Assembly (NCBI RefSeq): GCF_004010195.1
Contig: NC_057718.1
Span: 25,676,796 to 25,740,669 of the forward strand
Length of the DNA stretch: 63,874 nt
Direction of reading: 5' to 3'
DNA from: Chiloscyllium plagiosum
Taxonomy: Eukaryota
Below, piece by piece: positions 1-13,180 of this stretch; the first letter of the stretch is position 1; every line of letters begins with the position of its first letter. The notes under the pieces are model-generated. The model saw only the letters and a program-made list of their open reading frames with translations. It had not been told where the DNA came from and made no database searches. Position numbers and translations under genes: made by a program.

Positions 1-62
1 ACATAGACACACACACACACACACTCACACACTCACACTCACTCACACACACACACACGCGC
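1..62. repeat. (CA)n/(CACT) microsatellite
   Basis: Direct reading of the sequence. Confidence 0.95.
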
Positions 63-295
63 GTTGGACTTAATTGCTCACAGACTTGCAATCTTATTCG
101 TACTCATCTGTGCAAAATGTATGGCAGGCATTTCATCTTAGTGCCAAAGTAGAAGTTACCCAAAGGAAACTCCTGGTCTTTGATGTTTCTTTTGTTACCC
201 CAGTATAATGTTGCCTGTCTTCTCTTGTTTCCAGCAAACTGGTGGATTGAATTCATGAAACATCTGTCATTCCTACAATAGTCACACGTTCCACG

Positions 296-372
296 TAGAT
301 GAGCGTTGAATCTAAATAGCTAGATGAATGTTGAATCTAAATATCTAAATGAGTGTTGAGTCATAAATATCT
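296..372 (+). repeat. About 3 copies of a 25-bp tandem repeat
   Basis: tagatgagcgttgaatctaaatagc / tagatgaatgttgaatctaaatatc / taaatgagtgttgagtcataaatatc. Confidence 0.8.
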
Positions 373-1544
373 CCCCTTAACTCCAATCACTCTGTTACGT
401 CTGAACATCAATTACTTTATGACAGTGTATGTGGATGACTGAAGAAGTCAATTTACTTATATTACTAATGTGACATTTTTATAATCCTGGTGGCTATGAT
501 TTACGGCTGCATACAATTCTGCATGAATAATTTAAAAAACCTGTTGGTTTTACTGGGTTTTGAAATGAACATTAGTCCAGTCCACTGAGATCAGTATGTT
601 TAAATATGGCACATCAAGGCCAGACCTTTACCAGACTCTTAGCATAGATAGGGAGGGCGAACTTAAATCAATCAGCAGAGGTCCCATTGTGAGGGCAGAA
701 AGAGGGAGATGACCCTGCTTTGGCTCAGTGGTGGGTCCCAAGGAGGACTATTCCTGGTGGTGACTGATTAAGTAGCTGTTGCTCAATTAAGGATGGCAGC
801 TTAACTCTGAAAGGCACTGGCCCAATCAAAAGGCATGAAACTCAGTAGCACCACCACTTGCTGTGGCCATTGCTGAGGACGTTTCAATGGCCAGTTGTCC
901 TCGAAGAGGGGTAAGTGGGATTGCAGAATGCAGGGTCCAGCAGTTAAGTGTCCCCTCTGTGGCAATAGAGCAGTTGAAATTAGCACTTGACATGGAGAAT
1001 TATCCTATTAAAATAAACCTAGGTCAAACCACATTGGAACGGTTTAACTCTTATGCCCAGTTATTTAAGAGACATTTGATTGCTTCAGAAAATCATTACG
1101 TGCTCTTGCAAGGTAACAGTCCGGACTGGTACTGTTCAAAATTGGACAACTTCCTTGCTTTCAAAAGAGTGCTTTTATGGTGATCCAAGCTGTTCAATTA
1201 TTAATATGGTGAAAATAATGGAAAGTGAGGACAGCAGAGGATCTCTGTCTATCTCCAGTGCAGAAACTTGCATAGGGATGTCAGATGGGACACTAAATTG
1301 GCCACTCATGGCTCAGTTTGGTTCAAAGCAGGCAGCTGATTTGCCACCTTCCTTGCTAGCAGACTGGCAAAGTGGCGTGACCATGGGAAAACATCAAGCA
1401 CTCCATCATACCCCCACTGACAGCTTCTTGTTTACAAAGTGGCCTATCTCTCAGACAGTCCCAAAGGGTCTAATAAAATTCTGGATTCAAATTTCACTTT
1501 CTACATGATTGCTTGCTTTCAGCTTGCTTTCGATATTCACCAAA

Positions 1545-2465
1545 CTGAAGGAATTTGTGGAGGATGGTCTCAGGGAAGGAAGTGTCAGGTGTCTAAGTCA
1601 AGTTGCTATTAAAAAGGAAGCAGTGTTATGCACCTTAAAAAGTTTTAAGGTAGGCAAATCCCTGGTTCCTGATGGGATCTATCCCAGAATATTGAGGGAA
1701 GCAAGAGAACAATTTGCTGGAGTATTGACAGATATCTTTGTATTCTCTTTGGCCACAGGTGAGATCCCAGAGGACTGGGAATAGCCAATGTTGTCTTGCT
1801 GTTTAAGAAGGGTAGCAAGGATAATCCTGGAAATTGCAGGCCTGTGAGCCTCATGTTGATGGTAGAGAAATTATTGAAAAGATTCTCAGCATTTATAGAA
1901 CTTTAGTTAGGCGACACTGAGAATATTGCATACAGTTTTTGTCACTACACTACCAGAAGGATGGGGATGATTAGGAGAGGGTACAGAAAAGGTTTACTAG
2001 GAAGTTGCCTGGTATGGAGAATTTTAACTATGAAGAAAGATTGGCTAGACTGGGTTTGTTTTCACTAGAACGCAGGAAGTTGAGGGGAAACCTAATAGAT
2101 GTTTAGAAGATTGTGGATGGCATGGATGAAGTGGAAAATATAGGGCTTTTTCCCAGAGTAGAGGGGTCAATTACTAGGGGACACAGGTTCAAGGTACAAG
2201 GGGGCAAGTTTAAAAGAGATGTGTAAGGCAGGTTTTTCACATAATGAATGATGAGTGCCTGAAACTGCTGCCAGAGAAGGTGATGGAAGCCAACACAATA
2301 GCAGCATTGAAGAACCACCTGAAATAATCCATGAGTAGGAGGGGAATAAAAGGATGTGGATCCTATAAGTGAAGACACATTTTGCCCTTCCACACTAAAA
2401 GTATCAGCACAGGCTTGGACAGCAAAAGGGCATGTTCCTGGCCTGCATTGTTTTTTGTTCTGTTA
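1545..2465 (+). mobile_element. Decayed, internally deleted CR1 LINE (ORF2 fragments and 3' end)
   Basis: ORF 1509-1784 contains KSLVPDGIYPRILREARE...TGEIPEDW, typical of CR1 ORF2. The downstream part resembles the CR1 C-terminus and 3'UTR seen in other copies here. Confidence 0.85.
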
Positions 2466-2562
2466 AAAAATGACATGTTTGAACAGGGCCAGAAAATCAA
2501 CTGTACACGTTAGCAAACATTGAATGTGCCTGGTTGTGGTAAGTGTATTGTTTTCTGTGCAA

Positions 2563-2990
2563 CTAGGAACATAGGAGTAGGGGTAGACCGTTCAGCCCCT
2601 TGAGCTTGCTTTGCCATTCAATGAGGTCATGTCTGCCTGTCTTGGGCCCAGATCCCTTGGTATCCTTGCTCAGTAAAAGATTGTCTATCTCAGGTTTAAA
2701 AATAACAATTGAATTGGCATCAACAGCCATTTGAGGAAGGTAGTTCCAAACAACTCTTTGTGTATAGAAGTGCTTTCTGACATCTTTCCTGAATAACCTG
2801 GCCCTAATTCTTAGACTTTGCACCTGCCACCCCAGTTATTGAATCTCCAACCAGTGTAAATAGTTAAAATTTATTGACCCTATCTTTCCCTGTTAATAAC
2901 CTGAAGACCTCGATTAGATCACCCTTTAAACTTTTTAATTCTAGCAAACAAAGACCTAATTTGTCGAACCTCTCTTCATAACTTTAGCAC
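2563..2990 (-). mobile_element. CR1 LINE 3' end, a different subfamily
   Basis: ORF 2563-2823 contains RKHFYTQRVVWNYLP, followed by the CR1 3' tail (ggctgaacggtctacccctactcctatgttcct on the minus strand). Confidence 0.85.
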
Positions 2991-3211
2991 AGACTGCACT
3001 GAACTAGGAAAATAAGAAACTGTTTGAAGAAACACAGCATGCATTTATAAAGTACTGGCAAAGTCAGTCCCCAAAGGAAGACAGATAGAACATTAAAAGC
3101 ACCAGAGTAAGCCAGTCAGTAATTGTACCTGTGGCAGCTGAAGACGAGCAATCCAACTCCATTCACATACCAGCTCTTCGTCCATAGCCAAGAGCCAAGT
3201 ATTCATTAAAC

Positions 3212-3348
3212 ATGAAAACACAAAGAACTGAGATTGCTGTAAATCAGAAATAAAAAGGGAAATTGCTGGAAGAGCTTAGCAGGTCTGACAGCATCTGTGG
3301 AGAGAAATCAGAGTTAACATTTCGGGTTCAGTGACCCATCCACAGAAG
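3212..3348 (-). mobile_element. Penelope-like pseudo-LTR fragment with degenerate hammerhead motif
   Basis: Minus strand reads ttCTGtGGA-t-gggt cactga accc-GAAA-tgtt-aact, then gatgctgtcagacctgctaagctcttccagca, a block shared with other PLE units in the window. Confidence 0.7.
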
Positions 3349-4108
3349 TGTGTGTCTCTGTGTAGGTGTGTTTGTGTGTGCATGTGTATCTTTGCGTGCG
3401 TGTGTGTGTATGCGTGTGTGTCTGTATCTGTGGGTGGGTGTGTGGGGGTGTGTATGTGTNNNNNNNNNNNNNNNNNNNNNNNNNNNNNNNNNNNNNNNNN
3501 NNNNNNNNNNNNNNNNNNNNNNNNNNNNNNNNNNNNNNNNNNNNNNNNNNNNNNNNNNNNNNNNNNNNNNNNNNNNNNNNNNNNNNNNNNNNNNNNNNNN
3601 NNNNNNNNNNNNNNNNNNNNNNNNNNNNNNNNNNNNNNNNNNNNNNNNNNNNNNNNNNNNNNNNNNNNNNNNNNNNNNNNNNNNNNNNNNNNNNNNNNNN
3701 NNNNNNNNNNNNNNNNNNNNNNNNNNNNNNNNNNNNNNNNNNNNNNNNNNNNNNNNNNNNNNNNNNNNNNNNNNNNNNNNNNNNNNNNNNNNNNNNNNNN
3801 NNNNNNNNNNNNNNNNNNNNNNNNNNNNNNNNNNNNNNNNNNNNNNNNNNNNNNNNNNNNNNNNNNNNNNNNNNNNNNNNNNNNNNNNNNNNNNNNNNNN
3901 NNNNNNNNNNNNNNNNNNNNNNNNNNNNNNNNNNNNNNNNNNNNNNGTGGATGTATGTGTGTGTATGTGTGTGTGTGGGTGTATGTATGTGTTGGGTGTA
4001 TGTGTGTGTGTGTATGTGCGTGTGTGTATGTGGGTGTGGGTGTGTGTGTGTGTATGTATGTGTGTGTGTGTGAGTGTGTGTATGTGTGTGTCTGGGTGTG
4101 TGTGTGTA
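3348..4108. repeat. (TG)n-rich microsatellite spanning an assembly gap (N at 3460-3946)
   Basis: Direct reading of the sequence. Confidence 0.95.
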
Positions 4109-4134
4109 TTTATTAAACATGGTCGGGTCTTTTG

Positions 4135-4310
4135 CTGCTACCACCCTTTCAAACAGTGCGTTTCAGATCCCTACCAGAATCCGGGCTAAAAAAAAGGTTC
4201 TCCTCAACATTCTCCCCCTTTCCCATCAATCTGTTAATTGTTTTAAATTTGTGCCTGTTGGCGGCGCGACTCTTCTAATTAACCCAGGTCGTCATTTTCC
4301 TCTGCGTTAG
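4135..4310 (-). mobile_element. Old CR1 3' fragment
   Basis: Degenerate similarity to the minus-strand CR1 C-terminal region seen at 37500-37620. Confidence 0.45.
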
Positions 4311-5639
4311 ACCAAACGGGCCCTGTAGCATCTTCCACTGAAAGAGGGAGGTGGCAGCTACCTTCATCATGACCAACAGTTTAAACACACCAGTGAGCTG
4401 GTGTGCCCACACTCCAGTTGTCACACGTTTTTGGTATTAGAGCCCTGATTCTGTCCAAAAGTATAAGTAAAAGGATTGCTTAGCACAAATGATTCATGTC
4501 ACTTTCTGGATATACTTTATCTTGAGTAACCATATATTTAATGCCCATTGCAAGTCAGGTTCTTCAGCTGTCATCTGTAAAACACTAAGAGTAGGCACTT
4601 ACCAATCATTTGATGTGTATGAACCCTGAAGCCAAGAGCAAACTGAGCACTGTTGCCAGATAAATGGATTTGACTGAGCTGCACCTGATTATTTATTCAT
4701 TGTACTGTGCCCCTTTAATCAAAAGTGTGCCAACTATATAAGAAGCCCTTTGATTTGAAATGACAGGTCCATCAGAACTGATTACTCTATTCAGTTGTTG
4801 GATGGGTAATATCTTGGACAAATGCTGAGTCTTGGGTGGAGAGATCAAAATGGGCAGCGGTATCGTACTCTCAGCAAGTCATGCCAGAATAGCTACACCC
4901 CACCCTTTTACAATGTTCAAAACTAAAGAGTTGACTTTCTAAGGCAAGCATCTGTCAGGACCTTTCTATAGGATTTGTGGAAAACCTAGATGGATGGTAC
5001 AAATACCACTGACTCTATTTTTGCTTCTGTTTCTGCAGACCTTCCATTGAGTTATCAGGAAAGTGTAAGAACCTCTACGGAGATTAAAAGCCCAATTGTT
5101 TTGTGTTATGGCTAATAGCACTTTCAGCTTGCATGAGCTAAGTCATAGAGGGCGGTATATGACAGAATGTATTGCGTTCAGGTTTTTAATCTGTGCTAAT
5201 GTGGTCAGAAACCGTTACTCTCACTGATGGTGAGTTGGAGGATTTATTGGTTGCGATTTTGGCCTTTATGAATCCTGCTAGATTTCTGCTTATGCCAGAA
5301 TTAAGTTTCACTGGGAAAGCCCAGAGTTGAATTTCCAGCCCTGGCACTGATTGAGGTATAAGGGCCTGTCCCTATCCTGGCTGCTATTAACCCAGCGGCA
5401 GACAACCTGTCACCCTCAAGCCTACACAACAGCTAAAACTGTGTAACCTGTCTGTCAGCTCCTGGGCCACGGTGAGGGGTCCTTCACACAAAGCTGTCAA
5501 TACTGGGGAGGAGGCATTGCTCAGAGATACCCCCCTACATTTACACTCAATCCGCTGCACCCTATTACTGCAGCTGCCACCCTGAGAAGCCCCTCCAATA
5601 TCAATGACTAAAGCCTACTGTATTGGCAGCACCCACCAT

Positions 5640-5937
5640 CAGCGCTGCTGCCTCGATTCAACCTTTGGGTGACCGTGTGGAGTTGGCACATTCTCCCCAT
5701 GTATGGGAGGGTTTCCTCCCACAGTCCAAAAATGTGCAGTTTGGGTTGATTGGCCATGCTAAGTTGCTCATAATATCCAAGGATGTGCAGGGCTAGGTGG
5801 ATTACCCATGGGAAATGCAGGGTTGCTGGGATAGGGTAGGGGTTTGGGTCTGGGTGGGATGCTCTTTTGAAGGTTGGTATCGACTCGATAGGCCAAACAG
5901 CCTGCTTCCACACTATATGAATTCTACTCTATTCTAT
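5640..5937 (+). mobile_element. HE1-type SINE with damaged head
   Basis: Core gtgtggagttggcacattctcccc...ggtttcctcccacagtccaaaaatgtgcag...ttggccatgctaa, plus a CR1-like 3' tail. Confidence 0.85.
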
Positions 5938-6159
5938 CTCCCCTGTGGTGCCACTGAGCACAAGAGCTGCTAGTGAATGGCCTGTTGTTGGCCTTGCTAC
6001 ACATTGCATATGGTTCAGTGTCCCTTAGTGAAAAGGGCCAATGGGGGTATTTTACTAGCTTTCTGACTAACAGGCAAGATCTCTGATCCATAAAGATTCC
6101 ACTCATCTCATGGCAACCACAGGGAGAACAATACAACTCTGGCTTAGCAGTTGAACTAC

Positions 6160-6420
6160 AGGGTCAAGGACTTGAGTGCATGAAAGTCAAGCTGTCATCC
6201 TATTGCAGGACTGAGGGAGCAGGGTTAGAGATGGAATGAGATATTAAGCAGAGTTGCCATCTGCCCATTCAGACAGATGTGAAAGATTTCATGACCCTAT
6301 TTTGGAGAAGATCAGGGGAATTATATTCGATGTCTTAGCTCATAACTGTCTCTCAATGAATGTCAGAAACACAGACTGTCTGGTCAAAATCATGTTATTA
6401 ACTGCACCCAGAGTAGAAAT
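6160..6420 (+). mobile_element. Deu-domain SINE fragment (SacSINE1/AmnSINE1-like)
   Basis: gagatattaagcagag...ctgcccattcagacagatgtgaaagatttcatgaccctatttggagaagatcaggggaatt resembles the Deu core as I recall it. Confidence 0.6.
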
Positions 6421-6734
6421 GTTCATTGAGTTGTTAAATACCACATTTTAAAATATATATATAATACCTATCTATATATTACAAACAAATGGAAATGGGA
6501 TTGCTGTAACTGAAAACTCAAGTGCTGCACATTGTTGAGCTGTGTGGTGCAAAGTTACACATTGAAGCAGTGAGAGGGAGACTTCAAGACTGAGTGCCAC
6601 CAAGAAGCTTTTGGCTTCAGGATGTCTGCCAGAAATTAGCATTCGGAATAGCCAGGCTGCAGTGTGTTAAAACATTGTGAGTGTTGGGGGGCAGTGGAGA
6701 GAAAACACTCAGAGACTGCAGACAGAAAACATCC

Positions 6735-6860
6735 ATCTCTCTCTCTCACACACAGACACACACACACACTCTCTCTCTCCCTCTCACATACAGACACACA
6801 CACTCTCTTTCTCTCTCTCTCTCCCTCTCACACACAGACACACTCTCTCTCTCTCACTCT
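6735..6860. repeat. (CT)n/(CA)n compound microsatellite, possibly inside a decayed LTR-like element (about 6665-7425)
   Basis: The microsatellite is read directly. The surrounding LTR assignment is weak. Confidence 0.8.
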
Positions 6861-8239
6861 GTGAGGGGAGAAGGGCAGAAAAAAAGAGAGGCTAGAAGAA
6901 AGAATTCTAAAAAAGCAAAAGACCTAGATCCATTGGATCAACTGTTGAATCAAAGAATGACTATCACCCTACAAACAACAATGTATCAATACTGAAAAAT
7001 CAAGAAGAACATTAGAAACTTACTTACCGCCCTGTCATCTGGACTTCTGATCTTCTGGATTTTGTTTGCTCTGTCTATATATTTTTTCCTACCCATATTA
7101 TACATGTTGAACTTTCTTTTCTTGGTCTTCATTGTGATCGTGTGTACATGCATGTGTGTATTTTGAAGGAATGCAATTTATGTTGCATAGTTGTAGATTA
7201 GAAATTCTTTACTTTCTCTGCTCTTGTTAAAGTTATGTGTGTTATTACAACAAATAGAGTCTTTTACTGTTACTGACAAAATCTAGTGTGTATTGCTTTT
7301 GTACTGAACAGCAGTTAGTCAGGCAAATTGGCCACTTTGGTGGCCTTACAGGGAGTTTATACATTTTGTGACAACTTGAGCATTAGTGAGTTATTGGCGC
7401 ACACTTCCCAGTTAAGCTGTGATGAAATGTGAATGTTTGGTTATAATACTGACACAACTGAAACAGAAAACAATAAAATCCTGTACAATGAGTGCATCTC
7501 ATGACACCAGGAGGTCCAAATTGCTTTGTAGTCAGTGGAGTTAAAGTGAAAGGAAAACTTAGACAGGCAGTTTGCAGTGATTGTTTTTGGAAAGTATATG
7601 AATGGGTATTGAATGGAGACAGAACCAAATCACACCAGCTACAATAATGACCTCCAGTTGAATTATATGCCACACACGGGGTAATTTGGTGAGGCTTTGT
7701 TCCCAGGGATCCTTGCTAGAGAAGCTGATGAAACAATTCTGTAAGGCTATAGAGGTGATCCCATGACTCACTCTCTTCCTTGTTAAGTCTCTTGATTGGA
7801 GTTATGTACTTTGCTAAATTACACTTTTACTGTAAACGTTCATGGATGAAAATTAATTGTTTGTGGACAATTGGATCCCAGTATTAAGGAGCTTGACTAG
7901 TTGCTTCTGGAGTGTTGCATGTCCTTTGGACTAATACGCTGATCACATGAAATTGCAATGCCTGCTTTTAAGTGTGGTGTGTCAATCTTGGGATGAGGCA
8001 CATGGTGAGCTGGGAACTCCACAGCCATTTAGCTGCGTGAGGTGGTGCCCTGTTGTTCGGGTTTTTAACAAAATACATGGAAGTCCAAGTCATCTGGCTG
8101 TTGAAGATGAAGTAAAAGCTAAGCCTGTATAGAAAGGGCTACCACTCAGGAGTCCAACAGAGAATTGTCTAGAAACGTTCATTGGAAACATTCACTCAAC
8201 ATTTGCTTTAGGTTTTGGACCTGTATTAGAGCTTTGCGG

Positions 8240-9660
8240 TTGGCATATTGGTCATCTCCCTACATCTAGGTCAGAACATAGAACATAGAACATCACAGCG
8301 TAGTACAGGCCCTTCGGCCCTCGATGTTGCGCCACCCTGTCATACTAATCTGAAGCCCATCCCACCTGCACTATATGTACATCCATATGCCTGTCCAACG
8401 ACAACTTAAATGCACTTAAACTTGGCGAATCTACTGCCATTGCAGGCAAAGCATTCCATACCCTTACTACTCTCTGAGTAAAGAAGCTACCTCTGACATC
8501 TGTCTTATACCTATCTCCCCTCACTTTAAAGTTGTGTCCCCTCGTGTTTGCCATTTCCATACTTGGAAAAAGGCTCTCCCTGTCCACCCTATCTAACCCT
8601 CTGATTATCTTGTATGTCTCTATTAAGTCACCTCTCAACCTTCTTCTATCTAATGAGAACAGCCTCAAGGCTCTCAGCCTTTTCTTGTAAGACATTCCTT
8701 CCATACCAGGCAACATCCTAGTAAATCTCCTTTCCAAAACTTCCACATCCTTCTTATAATGCGGTGACCAGAACTGTACACAATACTCCAACTGTGGCCA
8801 TACCAGAGCTTTGTACAACTGCAGCATAACCTTCTGGTTCTGAAACTCAATCCCTCAACTAATAAAGGCCAAAATACTGTATGCCTTCTTAACAACCCTG
8901 TCAATCTGGGTGGCAACTTTCAGGGATCTGTGTACATAGACACCGAGATCCCTCTGCTCATCTGCACTCCCAAGAATCTTATCATTAGCCCAGTACTTTG
9001 CATTCTGATTACTCCATCCAAAGTGTATCACCAATTTACTAACCCACCCTTCTAAGCCCTTATCCTGGTCATTTATAAAAATGATGAACAGCAGTGGACC
9101 CAACACTGACCCTTGCGGTATGCTGCTTGTAACTGGACACCAAGATAAACATGTTTCATCAACTACAACCCTCTGTTTTCTTTCAGCAAGCCAATTACTG
9201 ATCCAAACTGCTGTGTCTCCCACAATCCCATTCCTCCGCATTTTGTATAATAGCCTACTGTGGGGAACCTTATCAAATGCCTTGTTGAAATCCATATACA
9301 CCACATCAACCGGTTTACTCTCATCTACCTGTTTGGTCACTTTGTCAAAAAAGTCAATAAGATTCGTTAGGCATGACCTACCCTTCACAAAACCGTGCTG
9401 ACTGTCCTTGATCAAATTATTCTTTTCTAGATGGTTATAAATCCTATCTCTTATAACCTTTTCCAACACTTTACCAACAACTGAAGTGCGACTCATTGGT
9501 CTGGAATTTAACAGGGTTTTCTCTACTACCCTTTTTGAACACGGGAACCACATTTGCTATCCTCCAGTCCTCAGGCACTATTCCTGTAGACAATGGGTTC
9601 AAGTCTCATCTGCCCTGGAGGTGTGATGTATCATGTCTGAACAGGTTGATTGAAAATAGT
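8240..9660 (+). mobile_element. Short tRNA-like SINE split by the CR1 (halves at about 8240-8275 and 9594-9660)
   Basis: Left half ctccctacatctaggtcagaa; right half gggttcaagtctcatctgccctggaggtg...ctgaacaggttgattgaaaata, homologous to 16048-16106. Confidence 0.55.
8273..9594 (-). mobile_element. 5'-truncated CR1 LINE with (TTCTATG)n tail
   Basis: ORFs 8855-9553 (QHGFVKGRSCLTNL, DFNKAFDKVPH, PQGSVLGPLLF) and 8345-8827. Tail agaacatagaacatagaac at 8273. Confidence 0.95.
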
Positions 9661-10415
9661 TAGACTTGGGCTTGTTGTATAATGTATTTTTGCCCAGTTT
9701 GTGTGCAGCTCCTCAATGTTCTAGGAGATTCATTTTCATGTGCTTATTACATTGGTTGAAAAATTGACCTCAGCTTTCTGCACACTAATTTGGGGCAGTG
9801 ACAGTTGAATGCTGCTGTATATTCAAAACAAGGACTATATTACTGATCTCACTACTTTTGCATAGCTGTCCTGGGCTTGATTCAGAACTTAAGGAATGGA
9901 GAAAAGAGAGCGAGAGTGTGAAATTGTTTCTCGGTTTCCTGGACTTGTACGACAGCTATTTAACTTGCAGTAAATTGTGATATACAAATAATGGCAGTAA
10001 AATTGATAGGTTGCAATAATGCATGGAATATGTGTTGTGGAAAACAGTATGTGGTGAAATATAGCTCTGTATATCAGATTTAAATGCTCGCATTACAAGC
10101 AAGCTGGGGTTATTCCATGAGTAGAGATCATTGTGATATCAAAACCTCAGAAAATATGAGGTCCAAAAACCTTCAGGCCCCTAATTCCAGCATTCCAGTG
10201 GGATCATACCAGATTTTCCCTGTGTAATCCTTTTGAGTCCATTGAGGAAAAGTTCTGGAGGTTTCGATTTTTCAATTTGCTTTTGTTTTATGTTCACAAA
10301 AGCATATATCTCTTAAACTATTCCAGTCAAAGTACAGCATCAAAGCACAGGTATTGTTCTGCAGGCTGTGAGTTCAATCCCCAATTGAGAGTCTGTCTAC
10401 ATATAGTTTTAAAGC

Positions 10416-10550
10416 TAAAAGCAAAACACTGTTGATTGCTGGAAATCTGAAATCTGAAATAAAAACAAAAATTGCTGAGGAAACTCAAAAGGTTTGGCAG
10501 CATCTGTGGAGAGAGTTAACATTTTGAAACTATTATGACTCTTCTTGAAA
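10416..10550 (-). mobile_element. Penelope-like pLTR fragment
   Basis: Same motif series as 3212-3348 (gctggaaatctgaaat...ggcagcatctgtggagagagttaacatt). Confidence 0.6.
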
Positions 10551-11754
10551 GAAAAAAAGTAACTTTTTCTTAAGTATCGGTTTCAATCACTTTGACTTAA
10601 GTTCTGGCTTTGTCTTGGGGGCTACTCAATTTTAAATGAGCAGTCTTCTTGAGCATATTGTTCCTTTCTCCGCAGCTGTAGCTCCATAATCGGACACCAG
10701 CCTTTTGCAATGTTTCCATGCCTTGCTACATCTGTGCTACCCTTCAAAAGTCTTTTTGTGGCTAATCTTTATGATTGTGCCTTGGTTTCTCCCAGCATGG
10801 TACCCCTCATTTGCAATAGTTTCCTAGAAGCCTTAGTGTGGACGCAGGCCATTCAGCCCAATGAGTCCACACTGACCCTCAGAAGACCATCCCCCCTTAA
10901 CCTTGTTCCCTGTAATTTTTTAATTTTTAATTTTTGTGGGATGTGAGTGTCGTGGGCTGGGCCAGCATTTATTGCCTGTCTCTAGTTACCCTTGAGAAGG
11001 TGGTGGTGAACTGCTTTCTTGAACTGCAGCAGTCCACTTGCTGTGGGTTGACCTGCAATGACGTTAGGGAGAGAATTCCAGGATTTTGAACAGTGATATA
11101 TTTCTAAGTCAGGATGGTGAGGGCTTGGAGGGGAACCTGAAGATAGTGGTGTTGTCATATATCTGCTGCTCTTGTCCTTCTAGGTAGAAGTGGTTGTGGG
11201 TTTGGAAGGTGCTGTCTTTGGTGAATTTCTGCAGTGCATCTTGTAGATAGTACATGCTGTTGTTACTGAGCTTCAGTAGTAGAGGGAGTGGATGCTTGTG
11301 GATGTGGTGCCAAACAAGTGAGCTTCTTTGTCCTGGGTAGTGTCAAGCTTCTTGAGTGTTGTTGGAACTGCACTCATCCAGGCAAGTGGGGAATATTCCA
11401 TCACACTCCTGACTTGTGCCTTGTAGATGGTGGACAGGTTTTGGGGAGTCAGGAGGTGAGTTATTTGCCGCAGTATTCCACATTTCTGACCTGCTCTTGT
11501 GGCCACTGCATTTATGTGGTGAGTGCAATTGAGTTTCTGATCTATGATAATTCGAAGAATTTGATAGTGGGAGATTCAGTGATGGTAACACCATTGAATG
11601 TCAAGTGGCAGTGGTTAGATTGTACCTTATGGGTCTGAGGGATCATGAATGGTGCTGAACATTGTGCAATCATTGGCGAACATCTCCACTTTTGACTTTA
11701 TGATGGAGGAAAGGTCTTTGATGAAGCAGCTGAAGATGGTTGGGCCTAGGACAC

Positions 11755-11937
11755 AAAGAGAATGCATCCACCTATTGCTTTCCCATTTACCTTGCCCCCA
11801 GCCTCACCCCCCTATTTGTCTCTCATTCCCCCTTCCCCTTCCACATTCATGATGAAGGACTTGCGTCCGAAACATTGACTTTCCTGCAGCTTGGATGCTG
11901 CCTGACCAGCTGTGCTTTTCCAATGCCACCCTTTTGA
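11755..11937 (+). mobile_element. Short PLE-derived insertion with hammerhead-like motif and 10-bp TSD
   Basis: TSD cctaggacac at 11745-11754 and 11938-11947. Motif aTGATGA-a-ggac ttgc gtcc-GAAA-catt at 11849-11876. Confidence 0.8.
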
Positions 11938-13090
11938 CCTAGGACACTACCCTGAGCAAGTCCTGTAGAGATGTCCTGGAGCTGAGATGACTGACATCCA
12001 ACAACCACGACTGTCTTCCCATGTGTCAGGTATGACTTGAGCCACCTGAAGAGTTTGCCTCCTGATACACATTGATTCCAGTTTTGCTAAGCTCTTTGAT
12101 GTCACATCTGTTTGAATGCAACCTTGAAGTCAAGGGCTGTCACTCTCGCCTCATCTCTGGAATTCAGCCCTTTTCAACCAAGGCTGAAATGAGGTCAGGA
12201 GCTGAGTGGCTGGGCAGAATCCAAACTGGGCATCACTGAGCAGGTTATTGCTGAGCAGGTGCTGCTTGACAGCACTGTTGATGATACCTTCCATCAGTTT
12301 ACTGATGAACAAGAGCAAACTGATAGGGCAGTAATTGGCAGGGTTGTATTTGTCCTGCTTTTAATGTAAAGGACTTTGTGTACTTGGGCAATTTTCCACA
12401 TTGCTAGGTAGATGCCAGTGTTGTAACTGTACTGGAACAGCTTTGCTAGGGGAGAGACAAGATCTGGAGCACAACTCTTCAGTACGATTGCTAGAACGTT
12501 GTCAGGGCCCGTAACCTTGACAGTATGCAGTGCCTCCAACCATTCTTGGACATCATGTGGAATGAATCGAATTGACTGAAGACTAGTCTCTGTGATGCTG
12601 GGGACCACTGGAGGAGGCCGTGATGGATCATCCACTCAGCACTTCTGGCTGAAGATTGCTGTGAAAGCTTCAGCCTTATCTTTTGCACTGATGTGCTGGG
12701 CTCTCCCATGATTGGGGATATTTATGGAGCCTCCTCTTCCAGTGAGTTGTTTAATTGCCCATAACTATTGATGACTCGATGTGGCAGGACTGCAGAGCTT
12801 AGATCTTATCTGTTGGTTGTGGGTTCACTGAGCTCTGTCTGTCACTTGCTGTTTCTGCTGTTTGGCACACAAGTCATCCTGTTTGGTGGCTTCACCAATG
12901 TTGACACCTCATTTTTAGGTATGCCTGTTGCTGCTCTTGGCATCCCCTCCTGCATTCTCCATTGATCTCCTGGCTTGATGGTGATGGTTGATTGGGGGAT
13001 ATGCTGGGTCATGTGGTTACAGATATTGCTGCTGGAGTACAATTCTGCTGCTGCTGATGGCCTCGTGGATACCCATCTTGAGTTCCTCAA

Positions 13091-13180
13091 TCTAAGAAGG
13101 GCCTGTGCCCGAAACGTCGAATCTCCTGTTCCCTGGATGCTGCCTGACCTGCTGTGCTGTTCCAGCAATAAAGTTTCAAC
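13091..13180 (+). mobile_element. Short PLE-derived insertion with hammerhead 3' half
   Basis: aagaa-gggc ctgt gccc-GAAACGTC-gaat, then ggatgctgcctgacctgctgtgctgttccagc. It interrupts LINE B. Confidence 0.75.

Noticed and set aside
863..1508. ORFs of 106 and 142 aa
   Set aside because: No recognisable domain or splice structure. Probably chance frames in a decayed repeat.
3314..4189. Long ORFs of 235-279 aa (HT/CV-rich)
   Set aside because: Artefacts of (TG)n microsatellite translation and an N gap.
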